Notes: generated from the letters alone by a model not told the origin. 63,705 nucleotides of DNA, filler included, from Platydemus manokwari (GCA_037951405.1; 6 parts of 6 records of this genome joined end to end with filler, not necessarily neighbours in it); one strand, 5' to 3'; positions 1 through 14,600 are shown, counted from the whole stretch's first letter. A program made the numbers and translations.

Positions 1-224
1 TTAATAATAAATATTATTTTTAATTATAATATTAATATTAGTATTATCGGCAATATTATCAAATATTATTAACAAACCTGATTAATAAAAAGATAATATA
101 TTATATCAAATATTATTCATTATATCATTCACAAAAATATTTATCTCATATCTAATGAAACTCAAGACAAATTCCCTATCACCATTCAACTCCACGAAAG
201 AACTCCATAAACAGCAGTTCCCCC

Positions 225-831
225 ATTGTTTTATCCACTACTCGTCAGAATTTATTGGTGAACTTTTGAGTACTTTCAGATTTGACAAATTCTATTGATA
301 TGTGCTTGCGACATGGGAAACAATAGAGTAGTGTATTGTTGTTATTATCAATTTCTTTGTTTATTGAAATTGAGCTTATTCTCCTGAGTCTACTTGTTCT
401 TCAAGAGAGCTCATTTGCTAATAACAAAAATTTGCTAGAACCATTGTTCTCTGAAATTATTGAAAGAGTTGTGAGCGTGTGTGTGTGTGTGTGAACTAGT
501 ATTGAGCATGTTAATCCATTTCACACTGTTGTTGTTTTTTAGCTTACTGCTAGACATAGATTTGAAGAGTTATAGTTCATCTGAATACGTTATTGTCAAC
601 GACATTGTTTTATTAGCCTTTTTTAGAATAATATTTTTAATATGTTGTTTTTTTTATTGCAACAGGTAACACATCAGAGGGAGTGTATGATTAGTAATTC
701 AATGGCAGCTTTGCCGGATGATAGCATTGTGAAATATTTATATACTCCGTAATAGAATAAATAGCTCTCTATCTGTTGATTATATAAACTGTTGGGAATA
801 TGCTTATAATACCGATGACACAACGATTGTT
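225..831. promoter_or_regulatory. Cluster of six Sox consensus sites (ATTGTT/AACAAT) upstream of the first recovered SoxD exon
   Basis: Sites at 225, 319 (AACAAT), 335, 443, 604 and 826; 319/335 form an inverted pair with a 10-bp spacer. Confidence 0.35.
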
Positions 832-1067
832 CTTTTTCATTCGCGATTTCCATACCACTTTCTGAAATTAATTTACGAAAAATAGTATTTTTTTGTGTGT
901 TTTTTTCAAAGATTTTGGGCTCATTTTCAATTTTGTTGTGCGATTAAACATGCTATGGGCTTGATCATCTTATAACTTTGCCGACCATCTTTATTAAATC
1001 TATTAAATTTATTAATAATAAAGCTATAATATAATAATAATTATTATCAATATTTATATATTTTTAG

Positions 1068-2899
1068 GATCATTTTATGTCTTCTCGGCGTAAAGTTCAT
1101 CCTCCTAGCAGACTGATATTTTCCTATTCACCAATAACGACAGCAAATTTATCCAACAATTCTCAAGCAACAAACATTACTCTATTTCAAACATCAATGA
1201 TTGCTAACGAGCGATCGTCACTTTGTCCCATCTCTACGGCGGGCATTGGCCAAAGTATCTCAATATCTCAAGCTAATATTGATCTCCACAATTTACTCAA
1301 TGGTGCTGTGACCAACATTAACAACAACAACAACAACAACACGTCCAATTGCAATGGAAATGGATTCGATTTGGTCTCATTGAACAAGATTATTTCCCAA
1401 AATCCGATTCTAGCAACGTTTTTCAGTAATATTCAGGATAATAATTGCTCACAACATGTAAATATTATCCCAACGGTAACGAGCAACATTATACAGCTCA
1501 TTAAAATGATTTGTAACTCGACGAGCATCAATCCAAATGAAATCGGTGTGTTTCTAGACAGTTTAATTTCTGGAATTTGCAGTATTAAGAACGAACTCAT
1601 TCAAAAGGTAATATATTGACATTGATATGGAATTCATTATGGTCTCTCTCTTAGCCCGATGAAGACGACACTCCATTAAATTTAACTCAACCGAAGTCTG
1701 AAGTTAATAATACATACATAAATGAGAATGTAATTTTTCATTGTTTCTACTTTCAGTAATAAGTAGACTGTCTTTCAAATCATATTTTAATTTATTAACT
1801 TTTATTTGTGTTTTGTTTAGAGAACAACCGGATTAAATCTTTCTCTCGACAAATCACCAACACCCGAATCATCATCACCTGATTGCGATATTAAATCCCC
1901 TCCAGCAGCCCATCAAACACGTGTTAATGGAAATGGATCCTTATGTTCAATATCAAACGGAAAGCCCAGTATTACTATAAATAATGTGTCCCCAATAACA
2001 AACCCAGCAAATATAACTCATCTTGTTGGTTCGATACCAGTCACATGGAATACAGGCCAAGCTATCACTGCTCTTCTTTCTTCAAATGCTAATATTAACA
2101 ACCCACTGACAATTCTTACCCGGAAAGATTGCTCAACAAATTCGAAGAGCACCAACAATACAATTTTATCCAGTATAGCAAACAATAATAACGGTAACAT
2201 CCTCACACTTTCCCCTCAGCTGAATCACTTAATCGCTGCTCCTTCAATTGCCGGATGTCTTTCTACTGTTGTAACTCCGTTAAGTTCGTCTGGATCTAAT
2301 TCTAGTGCCAACGGAGATCTAGCATCCAATCAAATGGTAGCTTTAAGCAACATTATTTCAACATTGAATAATGCCCTAGCTGCCAGCCATCACCAGAAAC
2401 AGTCTCAACAAAATGCCCAGATTACTAATATTAACGAGATTCTTATTAACGGAGTTGTACAACACAGACTCTCAGCTCATCAAATCAATCATGGATTGAC
2501 CATTCCTGCCAATAATCCTCAAATCAACAGTCCTACCGGCGTTATACAAATTAATCAAACTATAGGTTCATTATTATTTTGCTTCAATATTCGTATGTGA
2601 TGTTTCTTGTGTTTCAGATAATAAGACCACCGTTAATAATAATAATAATAATAATAATCAAGCAATTGCAATCGACACAAATAATAAAGGACCGGAAAAT
2701 GATGATAGCCAGGTTTATTTCATGAATATTTACATATGTGACATGATCATTATTAAAATTATTCATTGAAAAATCCAATAAAATATATAATATCTATAAA
2801 TAGATATTTAAATAAATTTTATAAGCATTAAAAATAATATTCACAAAGAATTTGAATTGATGACTGTCTTGATCAGAATAATGTTATACATTTTAAATC

Positions 2900-2932
<33 letters not shown>

Positions 2933-5900
2933 CTAACTATTTCATTTATAAAATTAATAATCCTCACATTCCTCTCCTTTAATATCTTTGATATCACCAT
3001 ATTCCTTGTTATCACTGTACCATTTTGACATTGCAACATATAAATAATTTTATGATTCTTTTCTATCGCGTCATATGAATCACTATATTATTCGTGATTT
3101 TCATCCCGTATTTCTTTGTTTGCCAACACTACCACAATTTCTCTTTATTGATTTTATCAATATTGATTAATATGCAATTGTCAGCCGTCTATTTTTGTGT
3201 CGTGCCATTCAACGTCTATTCAATCTCTGGTAATATTGAAACTCAGTTTGTGTGTTGCTTTCCTTTATTTTTGTATTTATTTAATGACTTATTGTTCTGA
3301 ATTATCTTTTTATTAATTCATTGACGTTATGATTATACGAATATTAAGTCTTTCACTATTTTAAAAGCAGGTTTTTTTACCACAATCTACGTATATTATT
3401 TTGAATGTACGTTATTTCAATACCCATTGAATCTATCCAAATGTTGGTTTATTTTGTCTTTACAATGTCTTCTTCTAATAAATAATGATCATTTCGTGTT
3501 CTTCTACACGAATTTTAATAATTTCCATTCATCATTATTTGTCTTTAATCTCATAATTGTGTTAGTACTCTGGTTTTCGATTTAAATTTGGTGTAGGATT
3601 TTAGTGTTTTGTCAAATATTGTGAACATATATCTCACATATTATCTTAGAATATATCTGCATCTTCATGATTAATACACTTTCTAAAAATCATGTTTATA
3701 TCCAAACTACTTAGATAATAATTCAGTCGAGCTTGGAATTGTGATGTTACCGGGTTGATTGTAACATAAATTGATTTGTGGTTCGATATTTGTGTGAATC
3801 TTTCGCCATAGAAATAATGGTTTGAATCATATCAGACACAATATTTTCAAGTAATTCTTTCCTATTGTTCATTGTATTGGATCCGTATGAAATTACACTT
3901 TCACTTCTAGATCCTTTTTTACGATAGAATAACCTCTATTGCGTCGAAACTTGTGTCGGTATCTGGCATAAACTCTTAATTGAAGTCTAGGAATGTAGAA
4001 TTGATGCTTCTGCTAAAACTTTCTATTTTTTTTATTCTTCATACATTACTCATCTAATGTTTTTGATTTTTTGAGTACTTCTGGTTATTAATAATTATTG
4101 GTTATTATTAGATGATTATTAGTATTTATTAGTATTAGAATTTTTATTAATATTATTATCAATACTGTTATTATGACTATTATCAAAAGCATTATTATTA
4201 TTTTTAATTATTATTATCAGTTTAATCATTATTGATATTAATAAAAAGCAATTATATTTATTATTAATAATAGCACTATTATCATTACTATTATTACTGT
4301 GTCGATTTTAAAAATAAACTGGAGCTTAAAAGATTTTATGATCAAATTTTACATTTAAAAATATGAATACGTTCAAGTAATTGTATCGTGACTTTTCCGT
4401 TTGTTTTCAATGCACGCTTTATAAAATAAAAGCGGCTTATAACTACAATATTTTTTTATTGATATTACTATTATCAATATTATTATTAATGTTATTATAA
4501 AACACAATAAAGATTATTATTCTTGATATTCATTAAAAATATAGATAGTAAAACTATTATTTTGAAATTTTATCATTCATATTACATTTAATATCATCTT
4601 ATAAATAATTAAATGCTAATATAAATAAAATTTTCTTTGTAGAATTCGAATAATAAAATGATAGGCGCGCGAATCGTTCGGTCTCAACGTAATCCTGACA
4701 AGAGCGATAATATGAGTCGTTCATCATCATCACACATTAAACGACCAATGAATGCTTTTATGGTGTGGGCCAGAGAAGAAAGGAGAAAAATTCTAAAAGT
4801 AATTATTTCTCCGCTTAACACAAAAATACAATCTATTGTTAGGCTTGTCCCGATATGCACAACAGCAATATATCGAAACTTCTCGGTCAAAAGTGGAAAT
4901 CGATGACTGCTGCAGACAAACAACCATACTATGAAGAGCAATCTCGACTCAGCCGTCAACACATGGAACAACATCCCGAATATCGTTATCGGCCCAGACC
5001 AAAACGAACTTGTATTGTTGATGGACGTCGGTTACGCATTTCAGAATATAAAGATTTAATGCGAGCAAGAAAAGGTCCAGACGGAACTAGGAAACAGCCT
5101 TGGTTTTCAGGTTCTGACAATCTATCTAATGATCCTCAAACACAGAAAATAGTCAACAGTATTCTTGGATGTAAGAAATGATAACTTTTTGATTTTATTC
5201 TTTTCACGTTAAGGCTATTGAGGATCTAATGATTGTATAGGTATAGCGATAAAAAATAATATTTTCAGTAAAATTTAATAAAATTTATTCCAGAAAAGCA
5301 TTCGTAGATTGTGTTTTTTTTTAATAAAAAAGACTTAATAATGAATTTTGGAAATTTCTTCCCTGCTCTATGGGAAATCAATGAAAATTATTCAATTCAT
5401 AAAATAATCAATGAGCACCATTTCCATGGAAACAGGAACGAGAATTTTGCTTAAATATGAATTCTTTTCATTGAAATTAACATTGTTGATTTTGAATAGC
5501 CATTGTTAATTAATAGAGTTGTTTAATCAAAGCTTTCTTTGATCGATTATAAACAATCATTTCACATTTTTTCTCAAGCACCTATTGCTTACAAGTCTAA
5601 GAATGGAAAATTCTCAACTGTCATTGTGCCTAAAATATGTCACATTGATTAATGACAGACTGTTCCAAAAATATCGATTTGAAAAATACCAGAGAAATTT
5701 AGTAACTCTTATTAATTAGGTTAATTTTGTTTTTTGTTAATAATAGTATTGTGTTGTTTTACATTCAATCTATGGAATCTAAAGAGAGAGAGTTTCATAA
5801 TTTTAGTTAGGAAATATTTTAGTCCAAAATCAACGTTCTGTCTCAGCTGATATCATTGACGTGGACAAGGAGTTGTGACCACTAAACCAGATGCTTTAAT

Positions 5901-6553
5901 TATACTGTCCTTATGTGTCATTTTTATTGTGTGTGTGTGGGGGGCTAGAGTTGCTCCTGTATATCTGTAGTAGAAAGGAAAACTAGATTATAACTTCAGT
6001 ATTTATTAATTAATATTTCTTTGACCATTTTTTGAGTTGTTTTCATGTTCTATTTTTTCTTCAATCAGAAAAATATCGGAGGTTTTTTTCATAGACATTC
6101 ATGGAGGAATTGATAAGAAATCACAATTTGAAATGATTTTTTTTATCGACTGACCGAATTATAAATTGTCTTTAACCTACAGGTAATATGACATCGATAT
6201 CGCAAGAAATTTCCCGCAGTGAAACGAGTTCATTGAATGAAGACAGTATGGGAAGTGACGATCAGAAATTGAAGATCGACACCACCGAACCACCAGTGAT
6301 TTTATCGTGCCCACTCAACATTACCAATGAAATGGAAATGAAAATCGAAACCAATAATTATGAAGAAATGGAAACCGACGATACAAACAGCGTCGATACG
6401 AACAATGTCGTATTCAATTGTAACGCGAACGATATCGATGACAACAAAGCCAATTCAAACGAAACCAATGCTGCTAATATACAGAACGAATTAAACAGAG
6501 ACTTACAAATCAATAACTTTAATCATATGGAAATATCGATAAAAACTGAATGA
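1068..6553 (+). CDS. SoxD: SoxD-group HMG-box transcription factor (Sox5/6/13-like). Exons 1068-1607, 1655-1729, 1821-2565, 2618-2712, 4643-4798, 4843-5170, 6183-6553; 5' end may be incomplete
   Basis: Splicing the 44-nt GT-AG intron 4799-4842 gives [22 protein letters not shown]|[19 protein letters not shown]...[24 protein letters not shown], the SoxD HMG box plus its group-specific tail. All introns are GT-AG and phase-consistent. Exons 1-2 give IKNE...PLNLTQPK. Confidence 0.93.
2960..4080 (-). mobile_element. Highly degraded LTR-retrotransposon-like relic in SoxD intron 4
   Basis: The minus strand reads AAAGGAGAGGAA-TGTGAGG near 2961-2980 (PPT followed by a TG LTR start). Composition is coding-like but there is no intact ORF. 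Confidence 0.3.
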
Positions 6554-7799
6554 TGAGCATGATTGGAATTATTGATCGATTGTTTTGTTTTTAATGTCTA
6601 CAAATAATAGAAACAGCTCCATTGATTTATGCCAACCGATTTACTAGCAGATCATTCTTAAACTGTGATTGGAACAAATTTCGAGTGAGAGAGAAATCTC
6701 AAAACCAAAACGATGTGAGGGATGAATAAATTTTTTTTTAATTTAAATACTTTGTACATGTTTTTTTATTTAATTGATTTGAAGATTCGTCTATGAAACT
6801 GATTTTTCTAGTGTTATTATATCAGTATTATGTGACAATAAGTATTTGATATTGTCTTCTTGTGTGTGCGTGCGTGTGTGCGCGGTTGTAATTGGATGCA
6901 TATTTGTACAAAACTGTTCATCAATAAATTATATGGCATGCTCTCTTATCGGTTGGTTTCAATTTATTACGATGCCTCATTTAAACCAAACACCATTTCA
7001 AATGCAACAGCAACGAAATGGTTTTTTGCTATTTTTCTGCAGATCTGTGGAACGTATATATGGATCACTGTTGGAAAATATGAAAATCAATAAACATTAT
7101 TATTATTTATTATTATCAATATCATAAATAGTTTTGCTCTAATATTATCATATTTGTGTTTATTATTATTGTGTAAGAGATAAATACATCGATCAAAATC
7201 GATATCCAATTATCATAGATAACCCTGTCAAGTGATAGACTAAGTTGAAGCTGAAGGTAATGACATCGGGTTCGAGCTTCTACAATTGACTACATGATAG
7301 AAACATTAATGATTTAATCTGTTGAACCTCAAACATAATAATATTGATTATATTATTTTGCTTAGATATTAATTTATTTTAATATTTATATTATTATTAA
7401 GCTTTAAATCGTAATAAGAGTTTGAAGAAAATTCTTCTAATTATTCAAGATTATTCATTTTTTTAAATTTTTTATCGTACTTTGATCTGAATTACTTAAC
7501 AAGACCATAAATCAAAATACTGAAATATTACTAATAATTGATTTATTAAAAGTAATTGTGGTAAAATATTTAATTTTATTCTTATAGTCTACTATCAAAA
7601 TTAAGCAGTATATAAAAAATATTATTATCTTGTCAAAATCGCAAAATCAAATTAATTAATTATTTAATACCAATCTTGAAGCATGGTTACATTAATTAGA
7701 AAGGTTTCTTTCAGCATTACTAAAAATTGCTTTTATAAATAATAATAATAATCTCCTCTATTCACATACATTTAGTGTTGATATTTATAAGAGTAGGAT

Positions 7800-9250
7800 A
7801 CTGCAACAATCCAAATATTATAACCATAAAAGATATACAAGTTTCGTTTACAGATTATAAAATCCCAATAGCAGTCAAATAAACAGGACTAAAAATGGAT
7901 TTATTTATTAAAATTGGATTCGTCAAGAAAACAAAATCAATTTATCTACTAGAAGCAATCACTAATAAAGAAGATTTTAAAAATCTCACACAAATACTAA
8001 GTTAAACATATTGACCTAAATAGATCTCTACAACATGTAATCCTGTCGATATATTTTATAAACAAAATCATCAGACAGCCTAATAAAATGTCCATGAATG
8101 TCCACTGCTAAAAATCTTCAGTTCATTATCCAATCCACCATTCCATGATTGGTCAGATTTTTGTCTAATTTTGTTTCCTTAATCGTCATAACTATTATAG
8201 AGCTATTAACTATCATTTCTATTTCATTCTTGTTTTTCAAGGAAACTTAACAACTTATTGGAGAAAGAGAAAAATGTAAATATTTCAGTAAATGTCAACG
8301 AGTCTCACAACACAAAATTTTGAAAATCAATAACAACATTGACAAACAATAAAACATTTGTTTAAATCGATGGAATCGAAAATATGTAAATATCTTAATA
8401 ACTATCTGATGGAGTAAAATCTATAATTAATACAGCTTCAACAGTGAACATTTCTGATGTCATTGCGCAATGTTATAGAAAATCGTTTACGTCACATAAA
8501 CCATTATCCCAATTGGTTTTGTTGATATTAATGAGTTGTTTGGAAAAAAGAAATTTCGATGAAAACTAAATTCTACTTCAACAGAATTGCTCGAAACCAA
8601 TGTTCTCAGCACAAATCAATGATTCAGCGATTGTATTGATAAAGAAGTGTTCATTTAAACAAAATGTCTCAAACAACTAATTTAGATGAATGAAATAAAT
8701 CGATATTTCATCATGTTTTTTGCTCACTTCAACGCTAGTCTTGTTGATTATATCGAATATTTTGTTTTAATGTTGACAGAATAGGTTTTCACATCACCGC
8801 TTTAAGAGTTGTCGAAATTGTGTCTGAATTATTTTTGTTTTCCACCTAATTGTTCTCTTTTCGGATTTCCTTTATTTATAAATTTAAAATGTGATAAGAT
8901 AATTGAATTTTATCCTATTTTCTCTTTAGACCGATATCGTTATGATTTAGATGATTATGAAGAAAATCTCCAAATTCTGAGTAATGAATTAAATTCAGAA
9001 AATGATGTGAGTAAATAGCAGTTAATTTTGATGAAATTGTCGTGGTAATGAATATCGAAAGCAACTAATCCTGATACTTTTAAAATTACATTTTCAAGAA
9101 ACAATCCTAGAATCAGCAAAGCAGTTTCATAAATTAGCTGGTGAAAAATCTTGAAACAACTGTCTGGACTGCCATTTGTTGGGGGTAACTTATTTACAAA
9201 ATTATCATTTTGTTTTTAGATTATTTAATTTAATTCGCATTAAAATGAAG
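7800..9250 (+). mobile_element. Degraded hAT (ZMYM1-like) transposase relic
   Basis: Frameshifted fragments in hAT order: KYFS/SVNVNES (~8278, cf. FSxxxDES), AQCY (~8465, cf. GQCYDGA), HxxxxQLVLxD-like (~8495-8525, cf. HxLNLVLxD), FYPIFSLDRY...EENLQIL (~8910). Confidence 0.35.
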
Positions 9251-9404
9251 TCATATTTAGTGATGCAGAAGTAAAACTTTACAGGAAAATATAAAAGGTG
9301 TAAAACAATAATTTCTTTTAGGAATATTGATATATTAGGCTGAGTCAAAAGTTATTCATGTTTTTTAGTTGTTTAAAGTTTTTGTTTTACCAAATCATTT
9401 AAAC

Positions 9405-9504
9405 NNNNNNNNNNNNNNNNNNNNNNNNNNNNNNNNNNNNNNNNNNNNTTAATTAATTAANNNNNNNNNNNNNNNNNNNNNNNNNNNNNNNNNNNNNNNN
9501 NNNN
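9405..9504. other. Artificial contig linker N44-TTAATTAATTAA-N44
   Basis: Identical 100-bp structure occurs five times; the 12-mer gives stops in all six frames. Confidence 0.97.

Positions 9505-9576
<72 letters not shown>
9505..9576 (+). repeat. (AAT)n microsatellite, about 24 units, at a contig end
   Basis: Direct reading. Confidence 0.97.
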
Positions 9577-9577
<1 letters not shown>

Positions 9578-11651
9578 TGTTTTGTAATCGTCTAATATAA
9601 TTTGATGCCAAATCTTTTGTTGAGATTGTCCGGTCGAATGGTTTCAGATGAAATAGATGTTTAAAACTGTTTTATAAAATGTGAATGAATACAGAGGAAT
9701 AACATAAATAAGCACGGATGATAAATAAATAAATGAAAAAATAAACACAATTAAAAAAATAAAATAAATTAATCGATTTTGACATTACTTTTACACATCG
9801 AAAAGGAGCTATGAAATGTTATTGTGTTTGATCTCAAAATATTTGTGGGAAAAAATAAATATAAATAATAATTCATCCACATCCTAACAAATAAATTACA
9901 TAACTGTTAAAATAAAATATAAAATATCTCTTGTGACTTATTGCCAGAAAGATGGCTACTAACGGGAATATAATGGGTCTGTGGAAATTTTAGATTATTT
10001 TATTTTTAATTCATCTCTGTCTCCAACCTTATGAGATAAAGGGAGAAGATTTGTTTGAAAAATAACGTGTTAGCAAAACATATTTCATTTAAGCTATTTA
10101 ATTTCAAATATTTAATCAAAAATCGATATCATTACTTTATCATTCGATAATCAATATAATCTTTAAAATTTTTATGTAATTATTAAGTTATTTTTAACGA
10201 TTAATCGAGAATCTTTAAAATGGTGAAAAAACATAATAAAATTTAATTTAAAATAAAATTATTGGAGTAGATTTATTTCTTTAGCAGCTTTGATTCGTCA
10301 ATTTATATCTGGAGTTCCATATCTTGATAGAAGTCATTTTAATGAATCACGGAGGAAACAAATAACTGAAATCAGAAATGATTTCTTGAAAATACCATGT
10401 TGAAAGAGAATTCAGTCCTCACTTATTCTTGTTTATTTGGCATGCTGTATGATGAGGGTAAATCTACAGTTTCGATTCCGGAATAAAAGAAAAAGGTTAT
10501 TATAAAGTTTGAGTATATTTTTCAGATATAATTTATGATTGGTTGAAAATGTCTAACTATGTCAAATTATTAAAATGTCTTCACAAAGTTGGATTTTAAA
10601 TTCGATAATGATTTGGATAGAGATATATTTTGGAGTTGAACTTCTTAATTTCGCTTTCGATTTGTATTTAATGAAACGACAGAATCTAACAAAGAAGACT
10701 GGAATTATTAAAAAATTATTTAAAAAAAATATATTATGGTGAAAAATATGATTGGTTTAAAATTAGAATTATATCGATAAAATTTGAGAAAGTCGTTGGT
10801 GATCAATGGGAGAAGAATAAAAGTGAAATATCAGGATCGATTATTAAATACCAAACATGCCTGATGAAGATTTTTAGATGATAAATCGTAATATCTGCGT
10901 GCCTGCATATGATGCGGAAGATAAATTAAAATATTTAAAATTATTTAATTCCGAATTCCGATAAAATTTAGATAAAATTCAAAATAGTTTCATTCAAGTT
11001 ATAAAACTACTTTGCCAAGGTTTTGGGTTCGGCTGAAAAATATATAGAAATTTTTGATCGAAAATTAATTTAGGATGCTACAATTTTAAAGAGTAATTTC
11101 TTTGAGCAACTTTGAATTAGACACAGATATTTGACAAACCCTTCTATGGTTAAAAATTTAAACATAGGGATGATAAAAAATTCAAATTAAAATTATCAAA
11201 TACTTTTGGATTTATTATTTGATGTCTTAGTTCCTGTAGATATTTAAAGAAAAATTATGCTAAAAAATACAATCTGATACATCGTATAAAAATATACCAG
11301 AAAATATAACAAAAACGAGGAATAAAATGCTAATATTATCATTTCACAACGAAACCCTTTCTGAATAAAATATCAAAAATAATAAAATTATATATTATGA
11401 ATTTAATAAAATTCAATTTAAAAAATTAAATGACTTAATTTTCAAGTCTTAAAATTATCGTTCTAGTGGGAATGATTTCCAATGAAATATGGATGACTTC
11501 CTGTTCTTGCGACTTTTATTAGGACTCGTATTTCTTAATAAAAATTTTATCGATTTTAAGACTTTTTATTTTCAATACGATAATTCATTGAAATATATTT
11601 TAAACTCTCAATAAAGATGATTCCGACCTCCATTAAAACCCACATTATATA

Positions 11652-11700
11652 CGTGTGTCTGTGTGTGTCTGTGTGTGTGTCTGTGTTTGTGTCTGTGTGT
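11652..11700 (+). repeat. (TG)n/(TGTGTC)n microsatellite
   Basis: Direct reading. Confidence 0.85.
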
Positions 11701-13199
11701 TGGTTTTAAACTAAAATACAAAACTTTCATTAAAAATTTCGTTGCCAGAACAAAAGTTAATTGAAATTATTTTTAACATGATTTTCCAAATTTAAATTAA
11801 TTATTTTAATAAATCAAGTAATTAATTTGATTAAGTTAAGTTTAAATTGATAATATTTCCATTTATTATTCTGTTTTAACCATTTAGTTAATTATTCCAT
11901 TACATCAACACTGTACGTGTCTTCTACTTCAACTTTTCATTTTCAAGAACCAATAATGGGTTCGAGCGAAACAGTAATTATTAGGATTAACGTAACCATC
12001 TACCAACAAAGTATTTATTGTTGTTTAAATTTGTCCGTATTGAAAGAATTTTAAGAAAATAAACTTGAAAACGATGTCCTAATGTTTAACATGAACATAA
12101 ATCAATATTAAAGTTCATTAATTAAAAAAATTTTAAAATAAAGAAAAAATAAGTCAAGTTCAAAAAACAAAAAAGCCACAAAAAATTTTACATATTGTGG
12201 TTTAAGTATTGCTAGAAAGGGAATGAAAAGTCATGAAGATTGGTATCAAAGTTTGTAAGTAGATAATGTTAAAATTATTATTTAAAGGAGAATGGAAAAG
12301 TGAAAAATTGCAAATTTTTATTGAATTTTTTTACGTTTACAAAAATATTGCGGTAATCATAATTTTGAAAATGATATTGATCAATATAGTAACCATATTT
12401 TCTGTGAAAAATTAGTAACTTCATCAATGTATTGGTTGAAAATTATGGTGAAACTAATGAGATAACGTTAGCTATACACAACTGTCTCCTAATACAGAAG
12501 ATTACAATTTTCACAACTTCGTAACGTCTTAATTAAGGTTTGATAATGGCTCCTGTTAAAATTATTTATCCGCTGGATCATCTCATTAACTGAGACGGAT
12601 ATTAATGTTTTCTGACGAATATATGAATAACACAAACAACTTCCCATTAAAATTGTAAACGATAAAGTCATCAAAAATCTTTATTTTAAAACTTCTTCAT
12701 CAAATTTTAGTACGCATCATAGGAAGGTCTATTTATGGAAGTGTTTCTCGTGTTACTTTTTGGCTGTGTGAAGAATATATTTAAGCGAATCAAAGATACA
12801 GCTATGACAAATGCGAATGGGGTCATGAATTCAACAATAAGCCATCGATATCCATGCAAAATAATTTGTTGGTAATTCAAAAATCGCTTGAGAATTACTT
12901 AGATTGTTTTGTTTTGTAATTTCATATTAGCTTGAGAAACATCCAATTAAAATCAAGGAAAACAAAGAGAAATTTGACTATTTTGTTCAAACAAAACTGC
13001 ATTTTTTGTTGCAAATTAAAATCGTATCAAAAGTGAAACTTTTCTTGATTATAAATTCGATATCTGATTTCCTTAAATGCTCTGATTATTAAAGAATCTT
13101 ACAAAACTTCATTATATTGATTATGTGACCTCCTCGAGACCTTTTAAGAGATTACATAACCTTTTGAATTTAGTCTTTCAGTATCTCAGTAACCCATCT

Positions 13200-14600
13200 C
13201 TAATTGCACATCAAAATTGGTGAATCTTTCTACAAGTTCTCCGATGGCGTGATTGGTTTAAAATTCAATCAAATAATTTAAATAATTACAATAGCTAGGG
13301 CTAGCATGATGATCACCCAGATGGATACGGTTTCCAAACTACTAAAGAATTTATTTGTATTTTGATCTGCCGAACCGGAGCGTGACCTCTAAATATGAGA
13401 CGGTTGTGTAGAATAAGATGGAACAGATGACCACTGATATTGTTACATCAAATGAGACACCAAAGAAGACTTTATTGCATTCATAGTGGTTCAGTTAAGA
13501 AAAGAAATAAAGATGCAAAAGTGTAGCAGAGCTTCTAAGGATAACGACGGTGATAAAATACTGAACGAAGTCCGAAAAGTGAAGAATGTGAACACAGTGA
13601 GATCATATTATTGGATAACATTAAGTAAAACAAATCATAAAGTGAATTAACAGATAGAAAGTATAAAAACCAGATTTTGCTACAACTGATAGAAATCAAT
13701 ACAAATATCATGAAATTGCTTTAGTCGAATGTTTGTGTCTTGTTATGACTATAATGATAGCTAGAAAAGGTCCAAGCTTAGTAAAGAACAATAGATGTCA
13801 ATTTCAAAGGCATCATGAAAAGAAATATTATACAGACTTGAATAGACGTAAACAATATAAGCAAAAACATCGAGAACTTATTTAATAAAGATAGTTTATA
13901 GTTGGTGCAACTAACCGGTAACAGTGTGAATCACCTCGGTATATGTGATTCAGTGAGATTGTCAATATGCCAAATTATCTGAACGAAAGATGAGTACATT
14001 GGTAAAATATGAATCGGAAAAAGAACCATGAAGGGCACCAAACCTGCAAAGCTCTGACCTAAAGGAAAGTGTGTCAAAATTATGCAATAGGTGACAGTGC
14101 TAGTTTCAACCATAATCCCTTGTAACACATTATAAATGGCAGTGACATTATTTTTAGCGATGACAATAATATTGAAAATTCTGTCTCAATAACATGTCTA
14201 AGTTTTTTGCCATTAAAATTGAAGATCAAATCTAAAAATAATTCTTTGTCATTAAATAATATAATCCACACAATAAAAATTAGTGCGCCAATCTCGTAGA
14301 AAAATAAATGAGAGCCATTAAAATAAATTCAAGAAAAATAAGTGAATAAGCCATGGGATTATTATCAGTCAAAATTCATCAACTGGAATAATATACAAAC
14401 ACAAACCAACATTTGTTACAGGTTGTAAAAAGATCTACAAATTGATAGGAAGATATTTATCTTCAGAAATTTTTATTCGTCAAGCTATTCGATTGTTTTA
14501 TACATCCTGAAGAAAGCCTCCTACTCATTGACGCGAAAAAATACCCATAAGTTATAAATCCCTTCAAACACAATAGAGTCTAAAGGATATGAAGACCATC
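13200..14600 (+). mobile_element. Degraded LTR-retrotransposon internal region
   Basis: ...CACATCA followed by a PBS-like TTGGTG (~13207-13221), a degenerate Cys/His knuckle-like stretch at ~13725-13825, a protease-like LTGNSVNHLGIC fragment (~13910-13947), and a downstream LTR-family copy at ~14600. Confidence 0.35.

Noticed and set aside
5214-5240. Possible 27-nt AG...GT mini-exon in the last SoxD intron
   Set aside because: In the required phase it gives an immediate TGA; unsupported without transcripts.
7222-7282. tRNA gene suggested by a GGGTTCGAGC B-box
   Set aside because: No cloverleaf; at most a decayed SINE head.
10270-11200. Coding-like stretch (AALIRQFISGVP...)
   Set aside because: Multiple stops and no assignable family; probably a TE relic but not callable.
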